The notes: generated by a model not told the origin, from the letters alone. Positions 39,732 through 52,704 are shown, counted from the whole stretch's first letter. The stretch: DNA of 63,438 nucleotides, filler included, from Octopus bimaculoides (GCF_001194135.2; 4 parts of 3 records of this genome joined end to end with filler, not necessarily neighbours in it); one strand, 5' to 3'. Translations and numbers: made by a program.

Positions 39732-41375
39732 TCAGGTCATCCCATAAGTTCTGTCCGATCTTACCTTTTTTAAAATTGAATGAAATTTAATTGTATTTTA
39801 GAATGTCTAATGGAATTAAAAATTATTTTTATGCATTTGTGTACATTTAAACTAATTAAATATTATCTTACAGAATAATAGAATTAAAATTTCTTTTATT
39901 AAAATCCTTTCTGACAAGGAAGTATCCAAAGAGCATTTGAGGCACATAATGCTTTATGAGTACAAAAAAAAAGGAAACTCTGCAGCCAAAGCAACTTGAA
40001 ACAAACACTCAGTTTATGGTAAAGAATGCTTGAATGAAAGNNNNNNNNNNNNNNNNNNNNNNNNNNNNNNNNNNNNNNNNNNNNNNNNNNNNNNNNNNNN
40101 NNNNNNNNNNNNNNNNNNNNNNNNNNNNNNNNNNNNNNNNNNNNNNNNNNNNNNNNNNNNNNNNNNNNNNNNNNNNNNNNNNNNNNNNNNNNNNNNNNNN
40201 NNNNNNNNNNNNNNNNNNNNNNNNNNNNNNNNNNNNNNNNNNNNNNNNNNNNNNNNNNNNNNNNNNNNNNNNNNNNNNNNNNNNNNNNNNNNNNNNNNNN
40301 NNNNNNNNNNNNNNNNNNNNNNNNNNNNNNNNNNNNNNNNNNNNNNNNNNNNNNNNNNNNNNNNNNNNNNNNNNNNNNNNNNNNNNNNNNNNNNNNNNNN
40401 NNNNNNNNNNNNNNNNNNNNNNNNNNNNNNNNNNNNNNNNNNNNNNNNNNNNNNNNNNNNNNNNNNNNNNNNNNNNNNNNNNNNNNNNNNNNNNNNNNNN
40501 NNNNNNNNNNNNNNNNNNNNNNNNNNNNNNNNNNNNNNNNNNNNNNNNNNNNNNNNNNNNNNNNNNNNNNNNNNNNNNNNNNNNNNNNNNNNNNNNNNNN
40601 NNNNNNNNNNNNNNNNNNNNNNNNNNNNNNNNNNNNNNNNNNNNNNNNNNNNNNNNNNNNNNNNNNNNNNNNNNNNNNNNNNNNNNNNNNNNNNNNNNNN
40701 NNNNNNNNNNNNNNNNNNNNNNNNNNNNNNNNNNNNNNNNNNNNNNNNNNNNNNNNNNNNNNNNNNNNNNNNNNNNNNNNNNNNNNNNNNNNNNNNNNNN
40801 NNNNNNNNNNNNNNNNNNNNNNNNNNNNNNNNNNNNNNNNNNNNNNNNNNNNNNNNNNNNNNNNNNNNNNNNNNNNNNNNNNNNNNNNGGTGGCGAAAAA
40901 TGGATCTTCTATAGAAATGTTAAACATCATAAACAGTGGCTTGGTAAAAGGGAAAAAGCTCAACCACAACTGAGAATGGAAATTTATGGAGAAAAGGTTC
41001 TTCTCTCTATTTGGTGAGATTGCAAAGGAGTAATTCACTTTGAATAGTTGCTACCTTTTGCAACAATCAATACACAATTCTACTGTCAGCAATTAGAGTG
41101 CCTGAACCAAGCTTTGAAGAAAAAAAGACCCGCTTTAGTTGAATCTAAAAGGAGTGATGTTTCATCAGGACAATGTACGACACCACACTGCAAAGATCAC
41201 ATCACAGAAGATCGAAGAGCTTGGTTGGGAAAAAATTCCTCATCCACCTTATTCTCCCACCCTTGCTCCTTCAGATTACCATTTGTTTCGTAGTTTACAG
41301 AATCATTTGGGGGACATAACTTTCGCAAACCAGGAGGAGGTCAAAACTGACATTTCAGAGTTCTTCGCTTTGTAA
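39732..41375 (+). mobile_element. Mariner (DD34D) transposon, disrupted and split by a gap
   Basis: TA + TIR-like TCAGGTCATCCCATAAGTTCTGTCCG. N-terminal HTH KEHLRHIMLYEYKKKGNSAAKAT. Catalytic region EKWIFYRN, LLSIW.DCKGVIHFE, FHQDNVRHH and HPPYSPTLAPSDYHLFRSLQN. Confidence 0.92.
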
Positions 41376-42428
41376 CTATACGGGTGACTAGGCTNNNNNN
41401 NNNNNNNNNNNNNNNNNNNNNNNNNNNNNNNNNNNNNNNNNNNNNNNNNNNNNNNNNNNNNNNNNNNNNNNNNNNNNNNNNNNNNNNNNNNNNNNNNNNN
41501 NNNNNNNNNNNNNNNNNNNNNNNNNNNNNNNNNNNNNNNNNNNNNNNNNNNNNNNNNNNNNNNNNNNNNNNNNNNNNNNNNNNNNNNNNNNNNNNNNNNN
41601 NNNNNNNNNNNNNNNNNNNNNNNNNNNNNNNNNNNNNNNNNNNNNNNNNNNNNNNNNNNNNNNNNNNNNNNNNNNNNNNNNNNNNNNNNNNNNNNNNNNN
41701 NNNNNNNNNNNNNNNNNNNNNNNNNNNNNNNNNNNNNNNNNNNNNNNNNNNNNNNNNNNNNNNNNNNNNNNNNNNNNNNNNNNNNNNNNNNNNNNNNNNN
41801 NNNNNNNNNNNNNNNNNNNNNNNNNNNNNNNNNNNNNNNNNNNNNNNNNNNNNNNNNNNNNNNNNNNNNNNNNNNNNNNNNNNNNNNNNNNNNNNNNNNN
41901 NNNNNNNNNNNNNNNNNNNNNNNNNNNNNNNNNNNNNNNNNNNNNNNNNNNNNNNNNNNNNNNNNNNNNNNNNNNNNNNNNNNNNNNNNNNNNNNNNNNN
42001 NNNNNNNNNNNNNNNNNNNNNNNNNNNNNNNNNNNNNNNNNNNNNNNNNNNNNNNNNNNNNNNNNNNNNNNNNNNNNNNNNNNNNNNNNNNNNNNNNNNN
42101 NNNNNNNNNNNNNNNNNNNNNNNNNNNNNNNNNNNNNNNNNNNNNNNNNNNNNNNNNNNNNNNNNNNNNNNNNNNNNNNNNNNNNNNNNNNNNNNNNNNN
42201 NNNNNNNNNNNNNNNNNNNNNNNNNNNNNNNNNNNNNNNNNNNNNNNNNNNNNNNNNNNNNNNNNNNNNNNNNNNNNNNNNNNNNNNNNNNNNNNNNNNN
42301 NNNNNNNNNNNNNNNNNNNNNNNNNNNNNNNNNNNNNNNNNNNNNNNNNNNNATATATATATATATATAAATGCAGAGAAAAGTTCAAAGAAAATCCTAG
42401 CTAGCATAGTGTAAATAAACCAATTTAC

Positions 42429-42503
42429 CTGTCAACAACTGGTTGAGCAACATGCTTAAAGATAACATCTTGCTGGATGTCTTGGTTGAAGACATTTTGG
42501 AAC
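42429..42503 (-). CDS. KIF6: Kinesin-9 (KIF6-like) coding exon, equivalent to vertebrate KIF6 exon 3
   Basis: Minus strand reads ttcttcttgtttaattatttcag | 75 nt | gtaaat. Translation (K)FQNVFNQDIQQDVIFKHVAQPVVD is the kinesin motor segment just before the GYNGTIFAYGQTGSGKT P-loop. Phase is compatible with the upstream exon. Confidence 0.88.
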
Positions 42504-43220
42504 CTGAAATAATTAAACAAGAAGAAATAAAAATTATGATAGAAGCAAGCCAGATAAGGCAAAAATCTCTAGTAGTTCTAAGATACGTAGGTTTTGAAAA
42601 CTTTGCCAGAGGCGAGCTTCACATCGAACAAAAGCACATTTCTTTGATACGTGCATCAGCATTTATACATATTTATGGTACATGCATATATGTGTGTACT
42701 TACCTCTGTGTTTGTATGTGTATGTGTTATGTGTGCATGTTTCTGTAAGCGTGTGTATGTGTTGTTCGAAGCAACTTCCACGTAATTGTGTTGTTTACCA
42801 TCAAAGTTTTCCCATGTACAGATTTAACTTTTTTATATTATGTTATTCAGAGTACATATGAAGGTGTTTATATCCTAGTAGCTAACATGTTCCTTTCCTG
42901 CCTGCTTCTATAGTCTCTTTTATTTATGGTGTAGTTTTCTTTCCTTGATGCACCGACTCAACCTACACGTTCTATCATAATTTCTTATACACTATTCACA
43001 ATAGGCATAGGCATGGTCGTACGGTTAAGAGGTTTGCTCATCAGCCATGTGGTCCTAGTTCAATCCCGCTGTGTGGCATGTTGAGTAAATACCTTTTACT
43101 ATAGCTCTAGGATGACCAAAGACCTGTGGGTGAATTTGGTTCTTGGAAATATAAAGAAGCCCATCATATTTACATGTGTGTGTGTGTGTTTGAAAAAAAT
43201 TAATAGAAATGGTTTTTCTA

Positions 43221-43410
43221 AGGTGGTGAGCTGGCATTTCGTCTGCCATTACGTTCTGAGTTCAAATTCCGCCGAGGTTGACTTTGCCTTTCGTCCTTTC
43301 GAGGTTAATTAAATTAGTACCAGTTACACACTGGGGTTGATATAATCGACTTAATCCCTTTGTCTGTCCTTGTTTGTTCCCTCTGTGTGTAGCCCTTTGT
43401 GGGCAGTAAA
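43221..43410 (+). mobile_element. tRNA-derived SINE, family C
   Basis: GGTGGTGAGCTGGCA...GAGTTCAAATTCCGCCGAGGTTGACTTTGCCTTTCGTCC. Other copies at 5880-6095 (-), 25410-25630, 46285-46410 and 51750-51940. Confidence 0.8.
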
Positions 43411-44032
43411 GAAATAATAAATGACTTTTCTGATAATTTTTCCACTTTAATAATGAAAGTTTACAAAAGGTGACTCTGATAGGAGTTTCAAATATATAAT
43501 TATGTACCAAGGACTTTCTGTTTCTCATTCTGTTGAAGAGCTTAGGTTCAAAACATAAAAGTCTTTCTCACCTTTCCGAGCGTGAAGCTAATACACCTGC
43601 TTGTTGTTCATACACTTCTGTTCATCTTTTGTTTTTCTGTAAATTTCAACTATATCATCATCATCATCATCATCATTTAACGTCCGTCCGCTTTCCATGC
43701 TAGCATGGGTTGGACGATTTGACTGGGGACTGGCGAACCAGATGGCTACACCAGACTCCAATCTGATCTGGCAGAGTTTTTACAGCTGGATGCCCTTCCG
43801 AACGCCAACCACTCGGAGAGTGTAGTGGGTGCTTTTTACGTGCCACCGGCACGAGGGCCGGTCCGGCGGTACTAGACACATATATGATGTAGAAAAGGGC
43901 ATCTAGCCATAGAAGCCATGCCAAAACAGACAAATAGAACCTGGGCAGATCTTCAGCTGGCCAACTCCAGTCAAACCCTCCAATCCATGACAGCATGGAA
44001 GTCTCAGGAAAGCCTAATATAGGAAAGTTTAA

Positions 44033-44228
44033 CCCTTCAGCATTCAGATTGTTCACATAGTTTTGAATCAATCATACATTTTCTCATATGTTTGAGATTT
44101 CACTGATATGATTGTTTCTATTTTACACTGACATTGTAGAGTAGGTGTGAAAGGCAGGATCTGACCAGTTTGAACATAAAACAGGGAGAATATTTTGGTC
44201 AGACATGGCCAGTTTAAAGGCAAAAGGG
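44033..44228. mobile_element. TTAA-flanked MITE (piggyBac-like ends)
   Basis: TTAA-CCCTT...AAGGG-TGAA ends. A second degenerate copy lies at about 1510-1722. Confidence 0.55.
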
Positions 44229-44290
44229 TGAAGAAACATTTAACTATTTTAGAGACCAACAACAGAATATAAATTATAAATGATTCTCAC

Positions 44291-44403
44291 TTGAACTTAT
44301 ATAATTCTTTCTTGTTGTTTACAAATCCATCTGCAAACTCTTTAGGGATAACAAATTGGACGATTGAACTGCCATCAGCTTGATCATTTTCAATCTCAAA
44401 GAG
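44291..44403 (-). CDS. KIF6: Kinesin-9 (KIF6-like) coding exon, equivalent to vertebrate KIF6 exon 2
   Basis: Minus strand reads polypyrimidine tract + cag | 113 nt | gtgaga. Translation LFEIENDQADGSSIVQFVIPKEFADGFVNNKKELYKF(K) matches the KIF6 motif DGFVNNKRESYKFK as I recall it. The exon ends in phase 2 (AA), completed by the G of the next exon to give AAG. Confidence 0.88.
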
Positions 44404-44475
44404 CTGGGGGTAAGGAAAAAATAAATAAATAAGTTAATCAATAAATATGTAAATAAGAGGTATTACACACACATA

Positions 44476-44692
44476 CAAAGGGGTGCTGAAAAGTTCTTGG
44501 TTTTGGGTAAAAGAAAATACAAGAGGAGCAATTATTTATGATTTTATTCTACATATTCCTCTCTCAGATTCACACACTTATTGCAGCAGTCCTTCATTTT
44601 TTCTAAGCCCTGTAAAAGAATTTGGATGGTTGGGCCTCTGGCCAGGCCCTTCACAATGCCCTTAAAGCCTGGAACTTTTCCGTACCCCTTCG
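44476..44692. mobile_element. Mariner-derived MITE
   Basis: TA-flanked imperfect TIRs (CAAAGGGGTGCTGAAAAGTTCTTGG / CCTGGAACTTTTCCGTACCCCTTCG). Confidence 0.8.
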
Positions 44693-44857
44693 TATATAAT
44701 ATAGTGAATTGAAAAACTTTGATTAACTAAGGTTATCTTTGTGAAGAGAAGACAGCAATTCCCTTTAGCACATATTTAAAATTTGAAACAAAACAACTAA
44801 GGGAGATAACTCTAATAATATCAACTAATCCAAATTTTTGGAAAATAATATACTCTT

Positions 44858-45258
44858 ACTCTTTTACTTGTTTCAGTCATTTGACTGTGGCCATGCTGGA
44901 GCACTGCCTTTAGTCAAGCAAATCAACCCCAGGACTTATTCTTCGGATGCCTAGTACTTATTTTATCGGTCTCTTTTTGCCGAACCGCTAAGTTACAGGG
45001 ACGTAAACACACCACCATCGGTTGTCAAGTGATGTTGGGGAGACAAACACAGACACACAAACATATACACACACATATATATATATATACATATATACGA
45101 CGGGCTTCTTTCAGTTTCCGTCTATCAAATCCACTCACAAGGCTTTGGTCAGCCCGAGGCTATAGTAGAAGACACTTGCCCAAGGTGCCACGCAGTGGGA
45201 ATGAACCCAGAACCATGTGGTTGGTAAGCAAGCTACTTACCACACAACCACTCCTGCG
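44858..45258 (-). mobile_element. tRNA-derived SINE, family A, full length
   Basis: Minus strand has A-box TGGTTGTGTGG and B-box-like GGTTCATTCC, an internal (TA/TG) microsatellite and the 3' end GAAACAAGTAAAAGAGTA. Near-identical to 30916-31288. Confidence 0.85.
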
Positions 45259-46001
45259 CCTATATGTATATTCCTATTATTAACAGCCAATCTTTTATTT
45301 GCCAAAGGATTATTAAATAAATAATTACACTCTTGAGACAAGTCCAAGGAATTGGGTAATTGTTTTGTAGTTTATTTACTAATCCTTTAGTATATAAAAA
45401 AACATTGGCTATCGATAATAGGAAAGTACCGAATAAAGTTCATGTGAAGTGGGATAGTATAGAGATGATAAGAGAAGGAAAGAAAGGTGTGTCGCATATA
45501 TTTGAATATATAGTTAGCTAGTTCACATGAGTAGAAGCCATTATAGATGAGGTACAAAGAAGAGGTAGTGTTTTGAACTACTGGATGAAGTCTGTCACTG
45601 ATTTAATATTTGTAAATCAATCAGATAGTTAGATGTAGATCTTGTCTTTAAAGTCAACTGGTGAATGCAACAGACATGTATTGATTTTCTTAGATCTCAC
45701 CAGTGAATCATATTCAAAACCTAAATGGTTAGATGAAACAGTGATCAACATATATTGAAATAGAAAGAATGTAGTGTCACTGATTATGAATATCAACAAC
45801 AAAGCTGAAGGAACATACATCAGTGTTCTGCATACTAAATACTCAGTCAATACACTTTCATGTAAGCTGCACGTTCAGCTGAAAAAGCTGCAAAGTAAAC
45901 AAACAAAATAAATGTGTTTGAGACCGTCTTTCAGTGTTGTGATCTTACCAACAACCTATCTACATCAGATTCCATTTTTAGAAAATGGTAGTGAATTAGC
46001 A

Positions 46002-46277
46002 CAGGGGTTTTCAAACTTTTTGACTTGCGGACCCCTTTATATTTCAGGCTTTACCTTAGGGACCCCCTTATAAATGCTTATGAAATTTATACATAAATAT
46101 TTGCTTGAAATAACAATATATTTTTACATTTATTTATTTCACAGTATTTAATTAATAGGTTTATTGTCAATTAAAAGATTTTGATTAAAAAATATATATA
46201 AAATCAAATTGCCCACAAAAAGTATTTGCTGTCCACGGACCCCCTGTGGTCCGGGGACCACAGTTTGAAAACGCCTG
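46002..46277. mobile_element. hAT-type MITE
   Basis: 16-bp TIR CAGGGGTTTTCAAACT / AGTTTGAAAACGCCTG (1 mismatch) and a perfect 8-bp TSD AATTAGCA (45994-46001, 46278-46285). Confidence 0.92.
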
Positions 46278-46734
46278 AATTAGCAGAGTCATGAGAGTCT
46301 AGGAATATGAATGCCTTGCAGTATTTGTTCTAGTTCTCTGTATTCCGAATTCAAATTCTTCCAAGGTCAGCTTTGGCTTTCACCTTTCATGGTTCAATAA
46401 AATAAAATGGCTGTTCATGATATTGAAATAGGTGAAGTATTTAGCACAAGATCTGGAGATAAGATGGTGTAGAGATGACAGGCTTCTGGTGTGTCAGGTA
46501 GATATAAATGGAGGTGGTATGTAGTTAGCTAGTACAGAAGAACAGAGGCTATTACAGTAGTGGCAGAAGATGGACAAAGAGAAGATAGTGCCTTGAGATA
46601 GTGGACGAAGCTCATCTATGATTGAATCTTTGTTAATCAATCAAATAGCCTTCTTTTGAATACACATGTGCAACAGAAACACCTCAGGGGTTCAAGCACT
46701 TCTCACGTGTGGATTTCATTGAAACTTGGAAGAA

Positions 46735-47530
46735 TCATCATTTAATGTCCATTGTCCAAGCTGGCATGGGTTGGACGGTTTGACCAGGGCTGCTAAGTAG
46801 GAAGGCTGCACCAGACTCCAGTCTGATTTGGCATGGTTTTCTATGACTGGATGCCCTTCCTAACACCAACCACTCTGGGTGCTTTTACGCCTCCACCGGC
46901 ATGAGTACCATTTGTGTGACATCAACATCTGCCATGACTGTGATTTAGCTTGGCTTGATGAGTCTTCTTCTGAAGCATGACGTAATGCTAAAGGGCTTAG
47001 TCATTGCTTCCCTGAGGCCCAACACTCGAAAGGAATTCAGCTGCTGTGCCTCCATGAGGTCCAACACTCTAAAGGAACATCGACCACTTTGTCACCATGA
47101 GGCCCAATGCTCATACAGTGCTCTTTACATGCCACCAGCATGGGTGCCAGTTACATGACACCAACATCAGCCATGACTACAATTTCACTTGGCTTGATGG
47201 ATCTTCTCAAGCACAGCATATTACCAAAGGTCTCAGTCACTAGTTACTGCCTCTGTGAGACTCAAAGTTCAAAGACCAGCTTCACCACTTCGTCCCATGT
47301 CTTCCTGGGTCTATCTCTACCACAGGTATCTTCCAGTTAGAGATCAGTACTTCTTTACACAGATGTCTTTGTCCATACGCATCACATGACCATACCAGTG
47401 CAGTCGTCTCTCTTGCACACCACATCTGATACCTCTTATGCCTAACTTTTCTCTCAAGATGCTTACACTCTGTCAAACATGCACACTGACATTGTACATC
47501 CAGTGAAGCATACTGGCTTCATTTCTTTCA
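46735..47530 (-). mobile_element. RTE-clade LINE 3' end and UTR
   Basis: Reverse-complement match to 28330-29315, including the RHGTKW/RKTWDEVV segment and the tail. Confidence 0.75.
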
Positions 47531-48029
47531 GAGGCTGGCGAGAGATGAGAGAGGAAGATATTTTAAAACCAGTGACATAACCCAAATGCTTGCAACCAGC
47601 TTAACTCTGCACCCAAGGATGAAATGGCAATATTAAACCATTCATCAAATTATGTGGAATTTTCACACCAAAATTTAAAGTGAAAAAAATGGTAAATTTT
47701 TTCAAATCACATTTTTACCAAAAAGATAGGTGGATATAGACACCAAGACGACTCTGGAGGACAAAAAATTTCATATGAAATACAGCTGGATTTACAAAGA
47801 CAGCAACAATGTTTGAAAGCTTATACTATGTTTATATTATATACTACTTCAGCTTGTCTGTTGGAAAATACGGCAATATTGTCTTTTCCACACTACATAA
47901 TTATTTCTAATTGCTCTGTGCATTAAATATATTAATACTAATTTAACTATTACTTTTCATGCAGATGGCATCTCTGAGTCATTTACTTTACTTAGTAGGT
48001 GCTGATATTACATAGGAAAACAGTTTGCG

Positions 48030-48062
<33 letters not shown>

Positions 48063-48844
48063 CATATAAAGAAATCAAAAACTGTACATAAATACATCAA
48101 CACTAAATGCTAAATTTATTAAAACTGTCTCTGTTTATCATCACCAAATGAATTCTTCATCACCCAACATTTCCAAAATAACATAAAAGATATGAAAAAT
48201 TAAAATTCATTTTAGTATATGAAAATAATAATTACTGTACAATTATGATAATGTTAATTTGTTTGTTTACCATACAACCAACAAAGACAGCTATACAATA
48301 AAATGTATTAAGTGCAATAGAACACCTTAAACAAATACACGCACACACATGAATATACATACAAATATAAACATACAAACATAAACATACAAACATATAT
48401 ATACACACATATACATATATATACATATATATGCATATGTATACATACACATATATATATGTATATACATACATATATAGATACATATACATGCATATAT
48501 ATGTACATACATATATATATACATACATACATATACAAACATATATATGTACATACATATATATATATACATACATACATATACATACATATATATAGAT
48601 GTACATATAGATATATATATACATACATACATATACATACATATATATATACATATATATATATATATACATACATACATATACATATATACATATAGAT
48701 ACATACATATACATACATATATATATATATATACATACATACANNNNNNNNNNNNNNNNNNNNNNNNNNNNNNNNNNNNNNNNNNNNTTAATTAATTAAN
48801 NNNNNNNNNNNNNNNNNNNNNNNNNNNNNNNNNNNNNNNNNNNA

Positions 48845-49215
48845 CTGGCTTCATTCCTTGCGAGCTTACGCATGTCCTCAGCAGTCACAGCCCATGTTTC
48901 ACTGCCATGAAGCATGGCTGTTCGTACACATGCGTCATACAGTCTGCCTTTTACTCTGAGTGAGAGTCCCTCTGTCGCCAGCAGAGGTAAGAGCTCTCTA
49001 AACTTGGCCCAGGCTATTCTTATTGTAGCAGTTACACTTTCAGCGCACCCACCCCCACTACTAACTTGGTCACCCAGATAGCGGAAGCTATCAACTACCT
49101 CTAGTTTTTCTCCCTGGAATGAGATAGAAGTTGTTTCCTGTTTGTTTACAGTGTTTATTGCACCTGAACATCTGCCACATACAAAAACTAACTTCGTAGT
49201 TAATCTGCCTTTGAT
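48845..49215 (-). mobile_element. RTE-clade LINE RT fragment
   Basis: LEVVDSFRYLGDQVSSGGGCAESVTATIRIAWAKFRELLPLL...KGRLYDACVRTAMLHGSETW. Same family as 28270-29315. Confidence 0.88.
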
Positions 49216-50469
49216 ATTGCTATATATGTATATATATATGTGTGTATGTATATATATGTGTATGTATACATATGTATGCATATATTTATGTATACATCTA
49301 TATATATATATATATAATATAATTTATATAAGGGCATTACTATACAGTAATGCCTCACGCTTAGAGGGACTTTATAAGTCAAAACTACCAAAATAAGCAC
49401 ATATTTATCGAACGCGAGGAATGTAACTTTTCAAAGCTAACCTCCTAAAAACTTCTAACTTAACGGCAAACCACTGGTTTCATAATTAATACAGCAAAAC
49501 TATGCAGTAAGCTGCATCTTTTATTCATCAGTACACATATGGTCGAGACACATAAAGAATAAACAAAAATCAACATACCCTGATGTACCCAACACAGTAC
49601 AATGACTTCTGTTCGTCCTTATATATCCGTGAAAGAGGCGGGCTTATCAAGTTACATTTCGGCAACATGTATATTATATATATTTATGGGANNNNNNNNN
49701 NNNNNNNNNNNNNNNNNNNNNNNNNNNNNNNNNNNNNNNNNNNNNNNNNNNNNNNNNNNNNNNNNNNNNNNNNNNNNNNNNNNNNNNNNNNNNNNNNNNN
49801 NNNNNNNNNNNNNNNNNNNNNNNNNNNNNNNNNNNNNNNNNNNNNNNNNNNNNNNNNNNNNNNNNNNNNNNNNNNNNNNNNNNNNNNNNNNNNNNNNNNN
49901 NNNNNNNNNNNNNNNNNNNNNNNNNNNNNNNNNNNNNNNNNNNNNNNNNNNNNNNNNNNNNNNNNNNNNNNNNNNNNNNNNNNNNNNNNNNNNNNNNNNN
50001 NNNNNNNNNNNNNNNNNNNNNNNNNNNNNNNNNNNNNNNNNNNNNNNNNNNNNNNNNNNNNNNNNNNNNNNNNNNNNNNNNNNNNNNNNNNNNNNNNNNN
50101 NNNNNNNNNNNNNNNNNNNNNNNNNNNNNNNNNNNNNNNNNNNNNNNNNNNNNNNNNNNNNNNNNNNNNNNNNNNNNNNNNNNNNNNNNNNNNNNNNNNN
50201 NNNNNNNNNNNNNNNNNNNNNNNNNNNNNNNNNNNNNNNNNNNNNNNNNNNNNNNNNNNNNNNNNNNNNNNNNNNNNNNNNNNNNNNNNNNNNNNNNNNN
50301 NNNNNNNNNNNNNNNNNNNNNNNNNNNNNNNNNNNNNNNNNNNNNNNNNNNNNNNNNNNNNNNNNNNNNNNNNNNNNNNNNNNNNNNNNNNNNNNNNNNN
50401 NNNNNNNNNNNNNNNNNNNNNNNNNNNNNNNNNNNNNNNNNNNNNNNNNNNNNNNNNNNNNNNNNNNNG

Positions 50470-51030
50470 ATTTCACTTGCCTCAATAGGTCTTCACAAGC
50501 AGAGTTTAGTGTCCAATGAAAGAAAGGTATGCCTAAGTGGGCTGGTTACACCACTGGCATAGGCCAGAGGTTATGCTCTCACTTGGCTTGCCGGGTCTTG
50601 TCAAGCACAGCATATTTCCAAAGGTCTTGGTCACTAGTCATTGCCTCGTTGAGGCCTAATGTTCGAAGGTCGTGCTTCACCACCTCATCCTAGGTCTACT
50701 TCTTCCACAGTTTCCCTCAACCGCTAGGGTGTGACACTTTTTCACACAGCTATCCTCATCTATTCATACCACATGACCATACCAGCACGCTTCTTAGGTC
50801 CAACTTTTCTCTCGAGGCACTTACACTCTGTCGAATATGCACACTGACATTACACATCCATCGGAGGATACTGGCTTCATTCCTTGCAAGCTTACGCATG
50901 TCCTCAGAAGTCATGGCCCATGTTTCACTGCCATGTAGCATGACTGTTCATACACCTGCGTCATCCAGTCTGCCTTTTACTCTGAGTGAGAGGCCCTTTG
51001 TCACCAGCAGAGGTAGGAGCCCTCTGAACT
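50470..51030 (-). mobile_element. RTE-clade LINE 3' fragment
   Basis: MLHGSETWAMTSEDMRKLARNEAS plus the start of the 3' UTR; matches 28270-28800 in reverse. Confidence 0.85.
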
Positions 51031-51080
51031 TTGCCCATATATAAAAACACACACATATATATGCATATTTGGGTGCATTA

Positions 51081-51579
51081 CCAACTGTAAACAAAATGAA
51101 ATATGAAAACAAGCGAGCCAAATACGCAAATGAGAGAAAAAAATTGAAAACAGGACAAGCAACACAAAGAATGACCCTTCATCAGTTGCTGGCTGCCTAT
51201 CCACTCCTCATTTTGAGCATTCAACGACAATATGAGTCTTTGAAGACAGTTGCTCCCATAACTTCCAAAATAAAATTTGGATTTTATGGAGAGTCAAAGT
51301 TGGGGACAAAAAGAGGACAGTGGTGACATACAAGGAAACCAAACACAAATAAACATGGAGTGTTATTAGATCAGAATGAGGGGGGAAATAGTTTTCTGTT
51401 TTTGTTCCCAACTTTGACCCTCCATAAAATGAAAAACTCATTCTGAAAGTTATGGGAGCAACTGTCATTGAATACTCGAAATGAGGAGCAGGTAGACAGC
51501 TGACAACTGATGAATGGCTGTCCCTTGTGTTACTTGTCTGGTTTGCAATTTTTTTCTCTCTTCTGTTGTTTACAGTTGG
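51081..51579. repeat. Old imperfect inverted repeat
   Basis: 51081-51310 (CCAACTGTAAACAA...TTCATCAGTTG...CAGTTGCTCCCATAACTT...GTCAAAGTTGGGGACAAAA) is the reverse complement of about 51398-51579, with two insertions in the left arm. Confidence 0.8.
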
Positions 51580-52332
51580 TGGCGTCCAGGATCCATATAT
51601 GCACACACACACACGCACGCACGCACGCACGCGCGCATGCGCACACACACACACACACACACTAGCTGGGGCAGTGAAAAATTCACAGAAAATATAAAAA
51701 TGTAAGTATCTGGTGCTGGGAGAAATGTTTCTATATTGTGACAGTTAAAGGTAGTGAGCTGGCAGAATCGTTAGAATGTCAGACGAAATGCTTAGCGATA
51801 TTTCCTCTGTCTTTACATTCTGAGTTCAAATTCTGCTGAGGTCGACTTTGCCCTTCATTCTTTTAGGGTTGATAAAGTAAGTACCAGTTGTATACTGAGG
51901 TCGATCTAATTGAATCTAATCTCTAATTGCCTATAGTAGAAACATATATTGCAACAGTTACAGAATATAGAAAGAAGGGTAAAGCCGATAATTATATAAT
52001 CCAACCAAAATATCTGTTACGCAAAAGTAAACAAAATTACTATTTAACCTTAGAATATGTCGTACATATTCAGAGAACCCTCTTGGTTTAGTGGTATGGA
52101 AGGTTTCTCTTATAATCTTTTACTTGTTTGTCATTTGATGGTGGCCATGCAGGAACACCACCCTTTAGTCAAAATTGACCCCTGAACTTATTCCCTGTAA
52201 GCCTGGTGCTTATTATATCAGTTTCTTCTGCTGAACAACTAAGTTACAGGAATGCAAACACCAACATTGGTTGTCAAGCAATGGTGGTGGGGGTACCAAC
52301 ACAGTCACATTCATAGATACATTTGTGTGTGT

Positions 52333-52704
52333 GAGGAGGTACAATGGCCCAGTGGTTAGGGCAGCAGACTTGCGGTCATAGGATCATGGTTTCGATTCCC
52401 AGACTGGACGTTGTGTTTATTGAGCAAAAGCACCTAAAGCTCCACGAGGCTCCAGTAGGGGGTGGTCGTGAACTCTGTTGTATTCTTTCACCACAACTTT
52501 CTCTCTTTCTTCCTGTTTCTGTTGTACTTGTATTTCAAAGGGCAGCCTTGTCATACTATGTGTGATGCTGAATTTCCCCAAGAACTACGTTAAGCGTACA
52601 TATGTTTATGGAGTGCTCAGCCACTTGCACATTAATTTCATGAGCAGGCTGTTCTGTTGATTGGATCAACTAGTATCCTCGTTGTCATAACCAACAGAGT
52701 GCCA
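52333..52704 (+). mobile_element. tRNA-derived SINE, family D
   Basis: A-box TGGCCCAGTGG, B-box GGTTTCGATTCC. The 3' body GTGCTCAGCCACTTGCACATTAATTTCA..AGCAGGCTGTTC is shared with 33460-33590. Confidence 0.75.

Noticed and set aside
45697-45880. Possible KIF6 exon 1 (acceptor near 45880, in-frame gtgaga donor at about 45702)
   Set aside because: The peptide does not resemble the conserved KIF6 start (MVKQTIQI..R.KP); the splice-like sites may be chance.
52343-52410. tRNA-like sequence with A and B boxes
   Set aside because: No complete cloverleaf or acceptor stem, and it runs into a repeat body; it is a SINE head, not a tRNA gene.
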